Shown here piece after piece: positions 45,350 through 55,136 of a DNA stretch of 64,000 nucleotides; the stretch's first letter is position 1, and the number at the start of each line of letters is the position of its first letter. Origin of the DNA: Candidatus Entotheonellaceae bacterium. Lineage in GTDB: Bacteria; Tectomicrobia; Entotheonellia; Entotheonellales; Entotheonellaceae. The stretch is from assembly GCA_965238075.1 (NCBI GenBank), contig OZ250173.1:2368001-2432000 (forward strand). Reading direction: 5' to 3'. The position numbers were made by a program, and so were the translations under genes. The notes below the pieces were generated by a model. That model was given only the letters and a program-made list of their open reading frames with translations. It ran no database searches and was not told where the DNA came from.

Positions 45350-47458
45350 TTGGCAGAGCAACAACCTTCAGGACCAAAGCGGCGTTGGGTTTGGTGGATG
45401 TTTGCTTGTCTGGCAGTGTCAGTCTGTTTGTCGCCTATCGGCTTGCATGCGGCTCAGGGGCGGCAAGCCGACACGCTGTTTCCGCTACCCAAGTCGCTGA
45501 AGCCCAGCGTGGATTTCTGGATATACGCTTTCGCCAGGCTGGAGGGCGGCACGGGTTTGCTGCATGATTCCCGTGATCTGAGCATCATCTATCAGAAGTT
45601 GAACAAGTTGCCGCGTGGCAAGGAACGTCGCAGGAGCCTGATCAAGCGGACACGTAATTATTACAAAGGCATTCTGGAACGGCTGGCGCGCGGTAAGCGC
45701 CAAGGGTTGACCCGTGACGAGCGGCGTGTCCTGTCGATGTTTCGGGGCAAGCAGACCGCGGCAGCGTTTCGTAGGGCAGCCCAGCAGGTGCGTTTTCAGG
45801 GTGGCGTGCGGGAAGCGTTCATGGAGGGCTTGGTGCGTTCGGGGGCGTATTTGCCGATGATGGAGTCGATTTTTGAACGCGCGGGTCTGCCGAAAGAACT
45901 GACCTTGCTGCCTCACGTCGAGTCGTCCTTTCGCAATGATGCGCGTTCCAAGGCCGGTGCCGCGGGCATTTGGCAGTTCATGCCGTCCACAGGCCGCCGG
46001 TTTCTGAGGGTCAACAAGAGAGTCGATGAACGCCACGACGTGCGGCTGGCGACCATTGCGGCCACCAAACTGTTGAAGGAGAATTACAGCCTTCTGGGCA
46101 CTTGGCCCCTGGCGATCACGGCCTACAATCACGGCGCCTGGGGCATGAAGAAGGCGGTGGCGAAGACAGGCACGAAGGACATTGGCAAAATTGTGCAGCG
46201 TTACCGTGGACGCGCGTTCGGCTTCGCATCGCGAAATTTCTACGCCGAGTTTCTTGCCGCGGTTCACATAGCGAAGCATTATAAAGCGTACTTCGGTAAC
46301 ATCCGATTCGCCGAGCCTCCGACAAAGACCGTTCGGCCGCAGCATTACCGGGTGCAGCGGGGAGATTCACTGCGGCGGATCGCCAAGCGTTTCGATACGA
46401 CTGTCAGCGCCTTGGCGGCCTTGAATAATCTGGAGCGACTGCACCTGATCCAGATTGGCCAGATATTACGTATCCCGGTAGAACATGATCGTTACCGGGT
46501 ACGTCGCGGCGATACCCTGGGGCGCATTGCCAAACGCTTTGGCACCACCGTCGACACACTGGTCGCCATGAACAACATGGACCAGGCACATTTCATCAAG
46601 CCGGGTCGGGTCCTGCTCGTGCCGGCTGGACAAACGGCAGCGTCGCCAGCCGTTCACGAGCCGGTGCAACCGCAGACACCGCAGCACTATCGGGTACGTC
46701 GCGGCGATACCCTGGGGCGCATTGCCAAACGCTTTGGCACCACCGTCGACACACTGGTCGCCATGAACAACATGGACCAGGCACATTTCATCAAGCCGGG
46801 TCAGGCCTTGCTCGTGCCGGTTGGACAAACGGCAGCGTCGCCAGCCGTTCACGAGCCGGTGCAACCGCAGACGCCGCAGCACTATCGGATACATCGCGGC
46901 GATACCCTGGGGCGTATTGCCAAACGCTTTGGCACCACCGTCGACGCACTGGTCGCCATGAACAACATGGACCAGGCGCATTTCATCAAGCCGGGTCAGG
47001 TCCTGCTCGTGCCGGGCGGACAAACGGCAGCGTTGCCAGCCGTTCACGAGCCAGTGCAGCCGCAGAGGCCGCAGCGCTACCGAGTGCGGCCCGGTGATTC
47101 TCTGAGCGTCATCGCGGCGAGCTTCAACACCACCGTAGCGACGCTGGCGATGGTGAACGGATTGTCCAAGCCCTACCTCATCAAGCCGGGGCAGGTCCTC
47201 GACGTGGCGCAACCGATGCCGCTGCAGCGCTACCGGGTGAGACGAGGCGACACGCTTGGGCGGGTGGCGAAGCGTTTCCGTACCACCGTGGCGATGTTGG
47301 CGGCGCTCAATGGTCTGCGGAAGCCCTATTTGATCAAGGCTGGTCAGACCCTCGTCATCCCGCAACTCCGTTCTCAGACTTCGGACGACGGCACCGTCAC
47401 CGGGATGCGTTTTCCCGGTGAAGACTTGCGGGCAGGTCTTTGGGTGGCCGCGGCATGA
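45350..47458 (+). CDS. Lytic murein transglycosylase (SLT, MltD-like) with six LysM domains
   Basis: Signal peptide; HVESSF, AGAAGIWQFM, AITAYNHG; six YRV..GD.L..IA LysM repeats. Confidence 0.9.
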   Translation: MAEQQPSGPKRRWVWWMFACLAVSVCLSPIGLHAAQGRQADTLFPLPKSLKPSVDFWIYAFARLEGGTGLLHDSRDLSIIYQKLNKLPRGKERRRSLIKRTRNYYKGILERLARGKRQGLTRDERRVLSMFRGKQTAAAFRRAAQQVRFQGGVREAFMEGLVRSGAYLPMMESIFERAGLPKELTLLPHVESSFRNDARSKAGAAGIWQFMPSTGRRFLRVNKRVDERHDVRLATIAATKLLKENYSLLGTWPLAITAYNHGAWGMKKAVAKTGTKDIGKIVQRYRGRAFGFASRNFYAEFLAAVHIAKHYKAYFGNIRFAEPPTKTVRPQHYRVQRGDSLRRIAKRFDTTVSALAALNNLERLHLIQIGQILRIPVEHDRYRVRRGDTLGRIAKRFGTTVDTLVAMNNMDQAHFIKPGRVLLVPAGQTAASPAVHEPVQPQTPQHYRVRRGDTLGRIAKRFGTTVDTLVAMNNMDQAHFIKPGQALLVPVGQTAASPAVHEPVQPQTPQHYRIHRGDTLGRIAKRFGTTVDALVAMNNMDQAHFIKPGQVLLVPGGQTAALPAVHEPVQPQRPQRYRVRPGDSLSVIAASFNTTVATLAMVNGLSKPYLIKPGQVLDVAQPMPLQRYRVRRGDTLGRVAKRFRTTVAMLAALNGLRKPYLIKAGQTLVIPQLRSQTSDDGTVTGMRFPGEDLRAGLWVAAA
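46493..47077 (+). repeat. Three near-identical 195-bp tandem repeats (LysM + linker)
   Basis: Units start at 46493, 46688 and 46883 and differ by only a few substitutions. Confidence 0.95.
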
Positions 47459-48486
47459 CGGCGGTACTCGATCCGCCGAGCCGACAGTGGGGTGTGAGTT
47501 ATTTCGGGGTCCGAAATCCGCAGCATTTTCAACGGGATCTCGACGATATTGCCTGCCTCGGTTTTACCTACATCGTCTTTACCTTCTCCGAAAACGACCA
47601 TCGGTTTTACCAAGGCAGCGTAGCCGATTGCGTGCGGCTGACCCAAGAGCGGGGTCTGCAAGCTTACGTTGATCCGTGGGGCGTGGGCGGCATGTTCGGT
47701 GGCGAGGCGTTCACGGAGCGCGGCGCATGGGACCTCGAGGGCCAGCAGCGCCGCAGCGATGGCCGATCCTTGCCGCTTCTGTGCCCCAATTCGGACGAAG
47801 CGAGAACATATCTTGTCCGGTGGATCGACACGGTGGCGACCGTTTTGCAGGCCGATGCCATTTTCTGGGATGAGCCGCATTTTTATCTGCCGTTTGGCGA
47901 GGCGCGTGCGCAAGGTCTGTGGGGCTGCTGCTGCACGCGCTGCAAAGAGCGCTTCACGTCTGCTTATGGCAAGCCATTTCCCTGCACGGAAACACCTGAC
48001 GTTCGGCACGCCAAGCAGGCAGCCATCGCCGACCTTCTCGGCGACATGACGACGGAGGCCGGCGAGAAGGGCTTGCGTAACATCGTTTGCCTGCTTACCG
48101 ACCCCGATACCCTGGATGATCTGGAAAAAAAATGGGAACCGTACGCGGTCATGGCTCATATCGACGTGTTAGCGGCTGACCCGTATCCGTTTTTCTATGG
48201 CCGTGACATCGCCACGACACGGGTGTTTTGCGAGGCGCTGCAGCGCCTCGGCAAACGTTACGGCAAAGCGACCCAGATGTGGGTGCAAGGTTTTCGCGTG
48301 CCGCAGGATGCGGCGCCTTTGCTGGGACAGGAGATGTGCCTGATGGCAGCGTGCGGCATGCGTGATATTGCCATGTGGAGCTATCTGGCAACCGCCTACA
48401 TGGCGTCCCACGCCTGTGCCCAGCCCGAGCAGGTGTGGCAGGTGTTCACGCAGACGATGGCCGAACTGAGCGCTGGAGAGGAATAA
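47455..48486 (+). CDS. Putative glycoside hydrolase-like TIM-barrel protein
   Basis: ATGA overlap with the upstream gene; FWDEPH, CCCTRC, ADPY, WVQGF. Confidence 0.6.
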   Translation: MTAVLDPPSRQWGVSYFGVRNPQHFQRDLDDIACLGFTYIVFTFSENDHRFYQGSVADCVRLTQERGLQAYVDPWGVGGMFGGEAFTERGAWDLEGQQRRSDGRSLPLLCPNSDEARTYLVRWIDTVATVLQADAIFWDEPHFYLPFGEARAQGLWGCCCTRCKERFTSAYGKPFPCTETPDVRHAKQAAIADLLGDMTTEAGEKGLRNIVCLLTDPDTLDDLEKKWEPYAVMAHIDVLAADPYPFFYGRDIATTRVFCEALQRLGKRYGKATQMWVQGFRVPQDAAPLLGQEMCLMAACGMRDIAMWSYLATAYMASHACAQPEQVWQVFTQTMAELSAGEE

Positions 48487-48489
48487 ACG

Positions 48490-49851
48490 ATGCGAGCAGA
48501 ACCGAATCCAGCCTCGGACGGCACGCCTTATCGCGCCTGGTTTCAGTGCATTGCGGGCTGTTCCGAGCAATACAGCCTGAAGGACATCATCTACCGGTGC
48601 CCACGCTGCGGCAACCTCCTGGAGGTGCGCCACGACCTGGACCGCTTGCGGCAGAGCACCCCGGACGACTGGAAAAAACTCTTCGATAAGCGGTATTTGC
48701 GGACCCAGTGGCCCTACGGCAGCGGTGTCTGGGGCAAACGCGAATGGGTCTGTCCGGGCGTTGCGGATGCCAACGTCGTGTCTGCCTTCGAGGGTGGCAC
48801 CAACCTATTCTGGGCCGAGCGACTGGGTAAGCAGATCGGCGTGCCTGAACTGTGGATCAAGCAGTGCGGCAACAGCCATACCGGGTCGTTCAAGGACTTG
48901 GGCATGACGGTGTTGGTGTCGATGGTGCAGCAGATGATCGCGGAGGGCAAAGACATACCGGCGGTGGCGTGCGCCTCAACCGGCGATACCTCCGCGTCGC
49001 TGGCTGCCTACTGCGCCGTCGCCGGTCTGCAGGCCATCGTTTTCCTGCCCAAGGGCAAGGTATCCAACGCCCAGCTGATTCAACCCATCGCTCACGGCGC
49101 CTTGACGCTGTCGCTGGATACGGATTTCGACGGCTGCATGGCTCTCGTTCAGGAAGTCTGTTCCCGCCATAACATCTACCTCGCCAATTCGATGAATTCC
49201 TTGCGTATCGAGGGGCAAAAGACCATTAGCATCGAGCTTGTGCAGCAGTTTGACTGGGAGGTGCCGGATTGGGTGATCATCCCGGGCGGCAATCTCGGCA
49301 ACGTGAGCGCCTTGGGGAAAGGCTTCATGATGATGCGCGAGTTGGGATTGATCTCGAAACTGCCGCGCATCGCCTGCGCCCAGGCGCAGCGTGCCAACCC
49401 GCTGTATCTGAGCTATTTGAAGGGATTTGAAGACTTTCAGCCGATGCAAGCGCAGCCGACGCTGGCGAGCGCCATTCAGATCGGTCATCCGGTGAGCGTG
49501 CAGAAGGCTATCGCTACGTTGCAGGCATTCAACGGCGTGGTGGAACAAGCGACCGAAGACGAGTTGGCCAATGCGTCGGCGCGGTCGGACCGCACGGGGT
49601 TATTCAATTGCCCTCACACCGGCGTGGCGTTGGCCGCCCTGTTCAAACTTGTGGAGAAAGGCTACATCAATAAGGGCGACCGGGTCGTAGTCATTTCCAC
49701 GGCCAACGGTCTGAAATTTCCCGAATTCAAGATTCGCTACCATGAATCCCGCCTTGCCGACGTAACCCCCCATCACGCCAACCTGCCTGTGGACCTCCCG
49801 GCTACGTACGACGCGGTACGGGAGGCGATTATGCGGACGTTCGAGCGTTAA
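48490..49851 (+). CDS. thrC: Threonine synthase
   Basis: [12 protein letters not shown] lysine, [29 protein letters not shown]. Confidence 0.95.
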   Translation: MRAEPNPASDGTPYRAWFQCIAGCSEQYSLKDIIYRCPRCGNLLEVRHDLDRLRQSTPDDWKKLFDKRYLRTQWPYGSGVWGKREWVCPGVADANVVSAFEGGTNLFWAERLGKQIGVPELWIKQCGNSHTGSFKDLGMTVLVSMVQQMIAEGKDIPAVACASTGDTSASLAAYCAVAGLQAIVFLPKGKVSNAQLIQPIAHGALTLSLDTDFDGCMALVQEVCSRHNIYLANSMNSLRIEGQKTISIELVQQFDWEVPDWVIIPGGNLGNVSALGKGFMMMRELGLISKLPRIACAQAQRANPLYLSYLKGFEDFQPMQAQPTLASAIQIGHPVSVQKAIATLQAFNGVVEQATEDELANASARSDRTGLFNCPHTGVALAALFKLVEKGYINKGDRVVVISTANGLKFPEFKIRYHESRLADVTPHHANLPVDLPATYDAVREAIMRTFER

Positions 49852-49865
49852 ACCGCACAACTCCG

Positions 49866-51185
49866 TCAGGACTGGTAGTACTCGATGCCCAAGTGGGTGA
49901 TCTGATCCTCGTCCCGCAGGTAGCGCAGGGTGTTCTTCAGCTTGGTGAGCTGGATGAACAAATCGTGCTCTGGGTATAGGAACGAGGCGCACATGGGGCT
50001 TTTGAAATAGAAGGAGAGCCATTCCTGAATGCCGCTGAGCTGGCTGCGCTGAGCGAGGTCCATGAATAGCACCAGGTCGAGCATCAACGGCGCCGCCAGG
50101 ATGCTGTCGCGGCACAGGAAATTGATCTTGATCTGCATGGGGTAATCGAGCCAGCCGAAGATATCCACATTGTCCCAGCCTTCCTTGTTATCGCCGCGCG
50201 GCTTGTAATAGTGGATATGTACTTGGTGCTCGTAATCGCCGTAAAGATCCTCGTTGAGTTCCGGCTGCAGGATGTATTCCAGAACCGACAGCTTGCTGTA
50301 TTCCTTGGTGCGGAAGGACGACGGGTCATGCAGCACGTCGCCGTCCCGGTTGCCTAGGATGTTGCTCGAAAACCAGCCGTGCAGGCCTAGTTGACGTGCT
50401 TTGAGTGCGGGTGCAAGGATGGTTTTCATGAGCGTCTGGCCGGTTTTGAAATCCTTGCCGCACACGGGTACACGCCGGTCGTCAGCTAACTCCAGCAGCG
50501 CCGGAATATCGACGGTCAGATTCGGCGCGCCATTGCCGAAGGGCACGCCAGACATCAGCGAAGCGTAGGCGTAGATCATGCTGGGCGCAATGGCCGGGTG
50601 GTCATTCTTGAGGCCGTCCTCGAAGTTGCGCAGCGTCTTGTGGACCTCATCCAATTCCATAAACACTTCGGTGCTGCCGCACCACAGCATCACCATGCGG
50701 GTGGTGCCGTGGCGGCCCGAGAAGGTTTCGATGTCTTCCATCAACTGCATCGCCAAGTCGTATTTATTCTTCCCCGTTTTGACGTGCGGACCGGATAAGC
50801 GCCGCACGTAATTCTGATCGAAAACGGCCTTCCACGGCCGTAGTTCCTGCAGTTCTGTTCGCACGGCTTCCAGGCGCGACGGCTCGATGACGCCGGCATG
50901 CATGGCGGCGTCATAGGCGTTTTCGGCGAAGAGGTCCCAACAGCCGAAGACGAGTTCGTCCAGGCCGGCCAGAGGAACGAAATCTTTGATCAGGGGGCTG
51001 TTATTTTCGGTGCGTTTCCCGAGGCGGATGGTTCCGTACTGCGTCAGCGAGCCGATGGGCCGGCCCAGGCCCTTCTTAATCAACTCGATACCCGCGATCA
51101 AGGTCGTACTCACGGCACCGAGGCCCGGAAGCAAAACGCCGAGCTTGCCCCGAGCTGGTGCGATGGCCACCTGCGACTGCTCCAT
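49866..51185 (-). CDS. ino1: Myo-inositol-1-phosphate synthase
   Basis: GLGAVSTT, GKDFKTGQT, NILGNRDG, RGDNKE, CRDSILAAP. Confidence 0.94.
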   Translation of the reverse strand: MEQSQVAIAPARGKLGVLLPGLGAVSTTLIAGIELIKKGLGRPIGSLTQYGTIRLGKRTENNSPLIKDFVPLAGLDELVFGCWDLFAENAYDAAMHAGVIEPSRLEAVRTELQELRPWKAVFDQNYVRRLSGPHVKTGKNKYDLAMQLMEDIETFSGRHGTTRMVMLWCGSTEVFMELDEVHKTLRNFEDGLKNDHPAIAPSMIYAYASLMSGVPFGNGAPNLTVDIPALLELADDRRVPVCGKDFKTGQTLMKTILAPALKARQLGLHGWFSSNILGNRDGDVLHDPSSFRTKEYSKLSVLEYILQPELNEDLYGDYEHQVHIHYYKPRGDNKEGWDNVDIFGWLDYPMQIKINFLCRDSILAAPLMLDLVLFMDLAQRSQLSGIQEWLSFYFKSPMCASFLYPEHDLFIQLTKLKNTLRYLRDEDQITHLGIEYYQS

Positions 51186-51416
51186 AATGGATTGTCTCCT
51201 TTTGTCTGCCGTCTTGGAAGTCGGGTTGTAAATTCGGGGAAATGTGCGTTGCGATACACCTGAGATGCAGGAGCGCTATCAGACGCTATTTGTTGGCGGA
51301 AGCGTTGATAATAGGCGAATTGCCGCGTGTTTGCAAACCATGCCCGGGGCCGTCCCAGGATGCAGCCGGTTACTCGACGAACCCGTCAGCATACGAAGAA
51401 TTATCGAGGGGGAACT

Positions 51417-52571
51417 ATGGATTTCACGCTGGACGATACCCAACGACAGCTGCAAACGACGATGCGGCGCTTCGTGGACAACGAGGTCATCCCGGTTGCC
51501 AGCGAATACGAGCATGCCGATGCCTACCCCGACCCAATGGTCAAGCAAATGGCGGAGATGGGTCTGTTCGGCTGTATCCTGCCGACCGAATATGGCGGCG
51601 GTGGGCTCGATTACGTGAGCTACGCCATTATCTGCGAGGAACTGTCGCGGGGCTGGATGAGCTTGGCGGGCATCCTCAATTCTCATCTCATGATGGCTTT
51701 GATGACCTGTTGGTATGGCACGGAGGTCCAAAAGCAGACCTATGTGCCGGCTTTCGCAACCGGCGAGCGGCGCGGTGGGCTGATGCTAACCGAAGCGAAT
51801 GCCGGCTCCGACGCCGCCGCCATGCAGACGACCGCCATCCGGCAGGGTGACGTGTACGTCGTCAATGGCAGCAAAATGTTCATAACCAACGCCGAACGCG
51901 GCAACACCTTCATGCTGCTGGCCAAGACCGATCCGACGCGGCAGCCGCAACACCGGGGCATCAGCGCCTTCCTGCTGGATAAGAGCCGTCCCGGTTTTCG
52001 GGTCGGGCGGCGCATCAAAAAGCTGGGCTACAAGGGCCTGCGAACCTGTGAGGTCATTCTGGAGGATTGCCAGATTCCGAGAGATTGCTTGATCGGGGAA
52101 GAAGGCCACGGCTTCCGATACGTGTTGTCGGCGCTTGAGGTCGGACGTATCAACGTCGCCGCCCGCGGCGTCGGCATGGCGCGCGCTGCGTTCGAGGACT
52201 CGATTCGATACGCCCAGCAGCGGGAGCAATTCGGACAACCCATCGCCAATTTCCAGGCCATTCAATTCAAGTTGGCCGACATGGCGACGGCAATCGAGGC
52301 GGCCCGGTTACTGACCTTCCAAGCTGCCGCCAAAAAAGACCGCGGTGAGCGCTGCGACTTGGAAGCTGGAATGGCAAAACTCTTCGCCAGTGAGATGTGC
52401 GAGAAAGCCGCCTCGGAAGGTATTCAGATTCACGGGGGGTACGGCTACACGGAGGAGTTCGCGGTGGAGCGGTACTACCGGGACGCCAAATTGCTCACCG
52501 TCGGTGAGGGCACCAGCGAGGTTCAGCGGCAGGTTATCGCCCGGCGTCTGCTGGAGTTGTATGCTATCTGA
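51417..52571 (+). CDS. Acyl-CoA dehydrogenase
   Basis: LTEANAGSD, NGSKMFITN, KLGYKG, REQFGQPI, QIHGGYGY, GEGTSEVQR. Confidence 0.93.
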   Translation: MDFTLDDTQRQLQTTMRRFVDNEVIPVASEYEHADAYPDPMVKQMAEMGLFGCILPTEYGGGGLDYVSYAIICEELSRGWMSLAGILNSHLMMALMTCWYGTEVQKQTYVPAFATGERRGGLMLTEANAGSDAAAMQTTAIRQGDVYVVNGSKMFITNAERGNTFMLLAKTDPTRQPQHRGISAFLLDKSRPGFRVGRRIKKLGYKGLRTCEVILEDCQIPRDCLIGEEGHGFRYVLSALEVGRINVAARGVGMARAAFEDSIRYAQQREQFGQPIANFQAIQFKLADMATAIEAARLLTFQAAAKKDRGERCDLEAGMAKLFASEMCEKAASEGIQIHGGYGYTEEFAVERYYRDAKLLTVGEGTSEVQRQVIARRLLELYAI

Positions 52572-52583
52572 CTCTATCCGATC

Positions 52584-54539
52584 TTACTTCTGTGCCGCTT
52601 CAACAGGTTCGCTGACCTGGGCGGGTTCCTGCTTGGCGGCCCCGTCACTCTGGCCTGCCTGACTTGAGGCGCGCCGTCGCCACCAGCCACGCGCGCGGCG
52701 CGCCAGACGGCCGGCCGTCTGGCGGCCAGAACGCGCGCCAGCCTTAGCAACCGGCGGTTCGCCGTTGCCATGACCTTCCAGACGCCTCGACCCCGAATTG
52801 AACCGCCAGAAAATCCGCCCACGCGCTCCAGCCTGGGGTGCCGCCACCTCGGCGTTGACGACAACGGGCGGCAGCGGGGTTGGAGCCACCTCATCTGCCG
52901 GTTTTGATGCCTGTGCTTCCGGCTCTTCCACACGAGCGCCGCGCCCGCGGCGTCGATACGTAACGCTAGCCGTCGAACGAGCCGGGGATTCCTTGCTTTC
53001 CTTAGCCGTTGCTCTTTCAGTCGCCGCAGCCCCTGCCTCAGGTGTGGGGGCCGCGCGCCTGACGAATTCCATGGTGTGCTCGTTCTGCCGTGCTAACGGG
53101 TTGCCGACCAGATTGAGCGTCAGGTTGTATTCCTCTTCCAATTGGGCGATTTCCTTGCGTTTCTGATTCAGCAGGTAAAACACCACGTCCATCGGTAGTT
53201 GCGCGTTGACGGCTGCCAAGGTGTCCTTGGCAGCTTCCGCGCGAATCCGGCGCAGAACCGAGAGCGCAAACGCCACCGCCGAGCGGATCAAGCCGCTGCC
53301 CTCACAATGCGGACAACTCTGATAATTGCCCTCGAGGATGGTCGGTTTAAGCCGCTGGCGCGACAATTCCAGCAGGCCGAACTGGGAAATGCGCCCCAAC
53401 TGCGTGCGTGCCTTGTCCCGCTTGACCGCCTGCCGCAGCGTCTTCTCGATTTCCTGGTTGTGCTTGGCGTTGCGCATGTCGATGAAGTCAATGACGATGA
53501 GTCCGCCGAGGTCGCGCAAGCGCAACTGCCGGGCGACTTCCTGGGCCGCCTCCATGTTGGTCTTGAAAGCCGTCTCCTCGATCGTCTTTTCCCGTGTCGC
53601 GCGCCCCGAATTCACGTCGATGGCAACGAGTGCCTCGGTCTGGTCGATGACGATGGAACCGCCCTGCTTCAGATTGACCTTATGGCTGTATACGGTTTCC
53701 AACTGCTCCTCAAGCTGGTACTTGGCAAACAGCGGCTTTTTCTCGCGGTACAGCTTCACGCGGCCGTGGTATCGCGGCATCACCGCTTGAAAGAAGTCCC
53801 GCGCGCGGTAATAGACCTCGCGGTCATCGACTAGAACTTCCTGAATGTCGGGTGTGAAATAATCGCGGATGGAGCGGATCACGAGATCCTGTTCCCGATA
53901 GATCAGAGCAGGGGAGGGGGACTGTTGGCTCTTGTCTTCGATGCTGGTCCACAAACGTTGCAGGTACGCCATGTCGCGTTGCAACTCGGCTTTGTTACGA
54001 TTCAGCCCGGCGGTTCGTACGATGATGCCCATGTTCGGGGGCGGTTCGAGCTGGGTGACGATCTCCTTGAGCTTCCTGCGCTCTTCCTCATCCTCGATTT
54101 TGCGCGAGATGCCGCCGGAGGTCTCCGATTCGGGCATGAGCACCAGATAGCGCCCCGGCAGGGAGATATAGGTGCTGAGGCTGGCACCCTTGGTGCCCAG
54201 TTCCTCTTTGACGACCTGTACGATGACTCTCTGGTTGCGCTGCAGCACGTCCTGTATGCGGGGACGGCGCTCGCGGTCTTCCGCTGATTTGCCGTCGTCG
54301 TTGAACCACCGGGCGTGAATCTCGCCAATGGGCAGGAAGCCGTGTCGGTTGCCGCCGTAATCTACGAACGCCGCTTGCAAGCTCGGTTCGACTTTGACGA
54401 TAACGCCGTTGTAGATGTTGCCTTTGTTCTGCTCCTTGCTGGCCGTCTCAATGGTGAACTCTTCCAGAATGCCATCTTCGATGATGGCGACGCGGCTTTC
54501 TTCCTCGTCCGCGACGTTAATGAGCATCCGTTTCTTCAT
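52584..54539 (-). CDS. rne: Ribonuclease E (Rne/Rng family)
   Basis: MKKRMLIN, S1 domain, IDVNSG, RLRDLGGLIVIDFIDM, CPHC Zn-link, disordered Arg/Ala-rich C-terminus. Confidence 0.92.
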   Translation of the reverse strand: MKKRMLINVADEEESRVAIIEDGILEEFTIETASKEQNKGNIYNGVIVKVEPSLQAAFVDYGGNRHGFLPIGEIHARWFNDDGKSAEDRERRPRIQDVLQRNQRVIVQVVKEELGTKGASLSTYISLPGRYLVLMPESETSGGISRKIEDEEERRKLKEIVTQLEPPPNMGIIVRTAGLNRNKAELQRDMAYLQRLWTSIEDKSQQSPSPALIYREQDLVIRSIRDYFTPDIQEVLVDDREVYYRARDFFQAVMPRYHGRVKLYREKKPLFAKYQLEEQLETVYSHKVNLKQGGSIVIDQTEALVAIDVNSGRATREKTIEETAFKTNMEAAQEVARQLRLRDLGGLIVIDFIDMRNAKHNQEIEKTLRQAVKRDKARTQLGRISQFGLLELSRQRLKPTILEGNYQSCPHCEGSGLIRSAVAFALSVLRRIRAEAAKDTLAAVNAQLPMDVVFYLLNQKRKEIAQLEEEYNLTLNLVGNPLARQNEHTMEFVRRAAPTPEAGAAATERATAKESKESPARSTASVTYRRRGRGARVEEPEAQASKPADEVAPTPLPPVVVNAEVAAPQAGARGRIFWRFNSGSRRLEGHGNGEPPVAKAGARSGRQTAGRLARRARGWWRRRASSQAGQSDGAAKQEPAQVSEPVEAAQK

Positions 54540-54713
54540 CTAAACCTTCTCTGATGCAGGATCTGCATGGGGTGGGTAGTTGTGGGTATCCGGTGTTGGG
54601 ATGGCCGTTGCCAAAACGAATTGTGGGGGCGATTCACAACCGCGTAGCATAAATGTGAGGCGCATGCAAGTGTAACATGATATCTGCGTAGTGCAAAATT
54701 TGGCGCCGTGGTG

Positions 54714-55109
54714 TTAAGGCTGGGCATACTCGATCAGGACGCCGTGGTTGGACTTGGGGTGCAAAAAGCAGATCATGCCCGCCAGTCCGGCGCGCGGCTG
54801 CTGATCGATCAGCCTCACGCCGCGCCGTTTGGCGGTTTCCAACTCCTGACTGACGTCGTCCGTTTCGAAGCACAGATGATGCAAACCCTCTCCCCGCTGG
54901 GCCAGAAAACGAGCCACTCCGGTTCCCGGCGCGACCGGTTCCAGCAACTCGATCTCGCTCTCACCAATGGTCAGCAGGGCAGCCCTGACGCCCTGATCCT
55001 GGATGATCGCTTCCTTGTGAACCGGCAGGGACAGGGCGTCGCGGTAAAAGGCATAGGCCTCGTCGAGGCTGCGTACCACGATGCCGATGTGGTGGATTTT
55101 GGTCAGCAT
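54714..55109 (-). CDS. mce: Methylmalonyl-CoA epimerase (VOC fold)
   Basis: IHHIGIVV, IELLEP, GEGLHHLCF, FLHPKS..GVLIE. Confidence 0.88.
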   Translation of the reverse strand: MLTKIHHIGIVVRSLDEAYAFYRDALSLPVHKEAIIQDQGVRAALLTIGESEIELLEPVAPGTGVARFLAQRGEGLHHLCFETDDVSQELETAKRRGVRLIDQQPRAGLAGMICFLHPKSNHGVLIEYAQP

Positions 55110-55136
55110 GGTATCTCCCCGCTGCTTGGCGCCGGC

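Noticed and set aside
54540-54713. Structured autoregulatory rne 5' UTR
   Set aside because: Plausible by analogy with other bacteria, but I could not identify convincing stems
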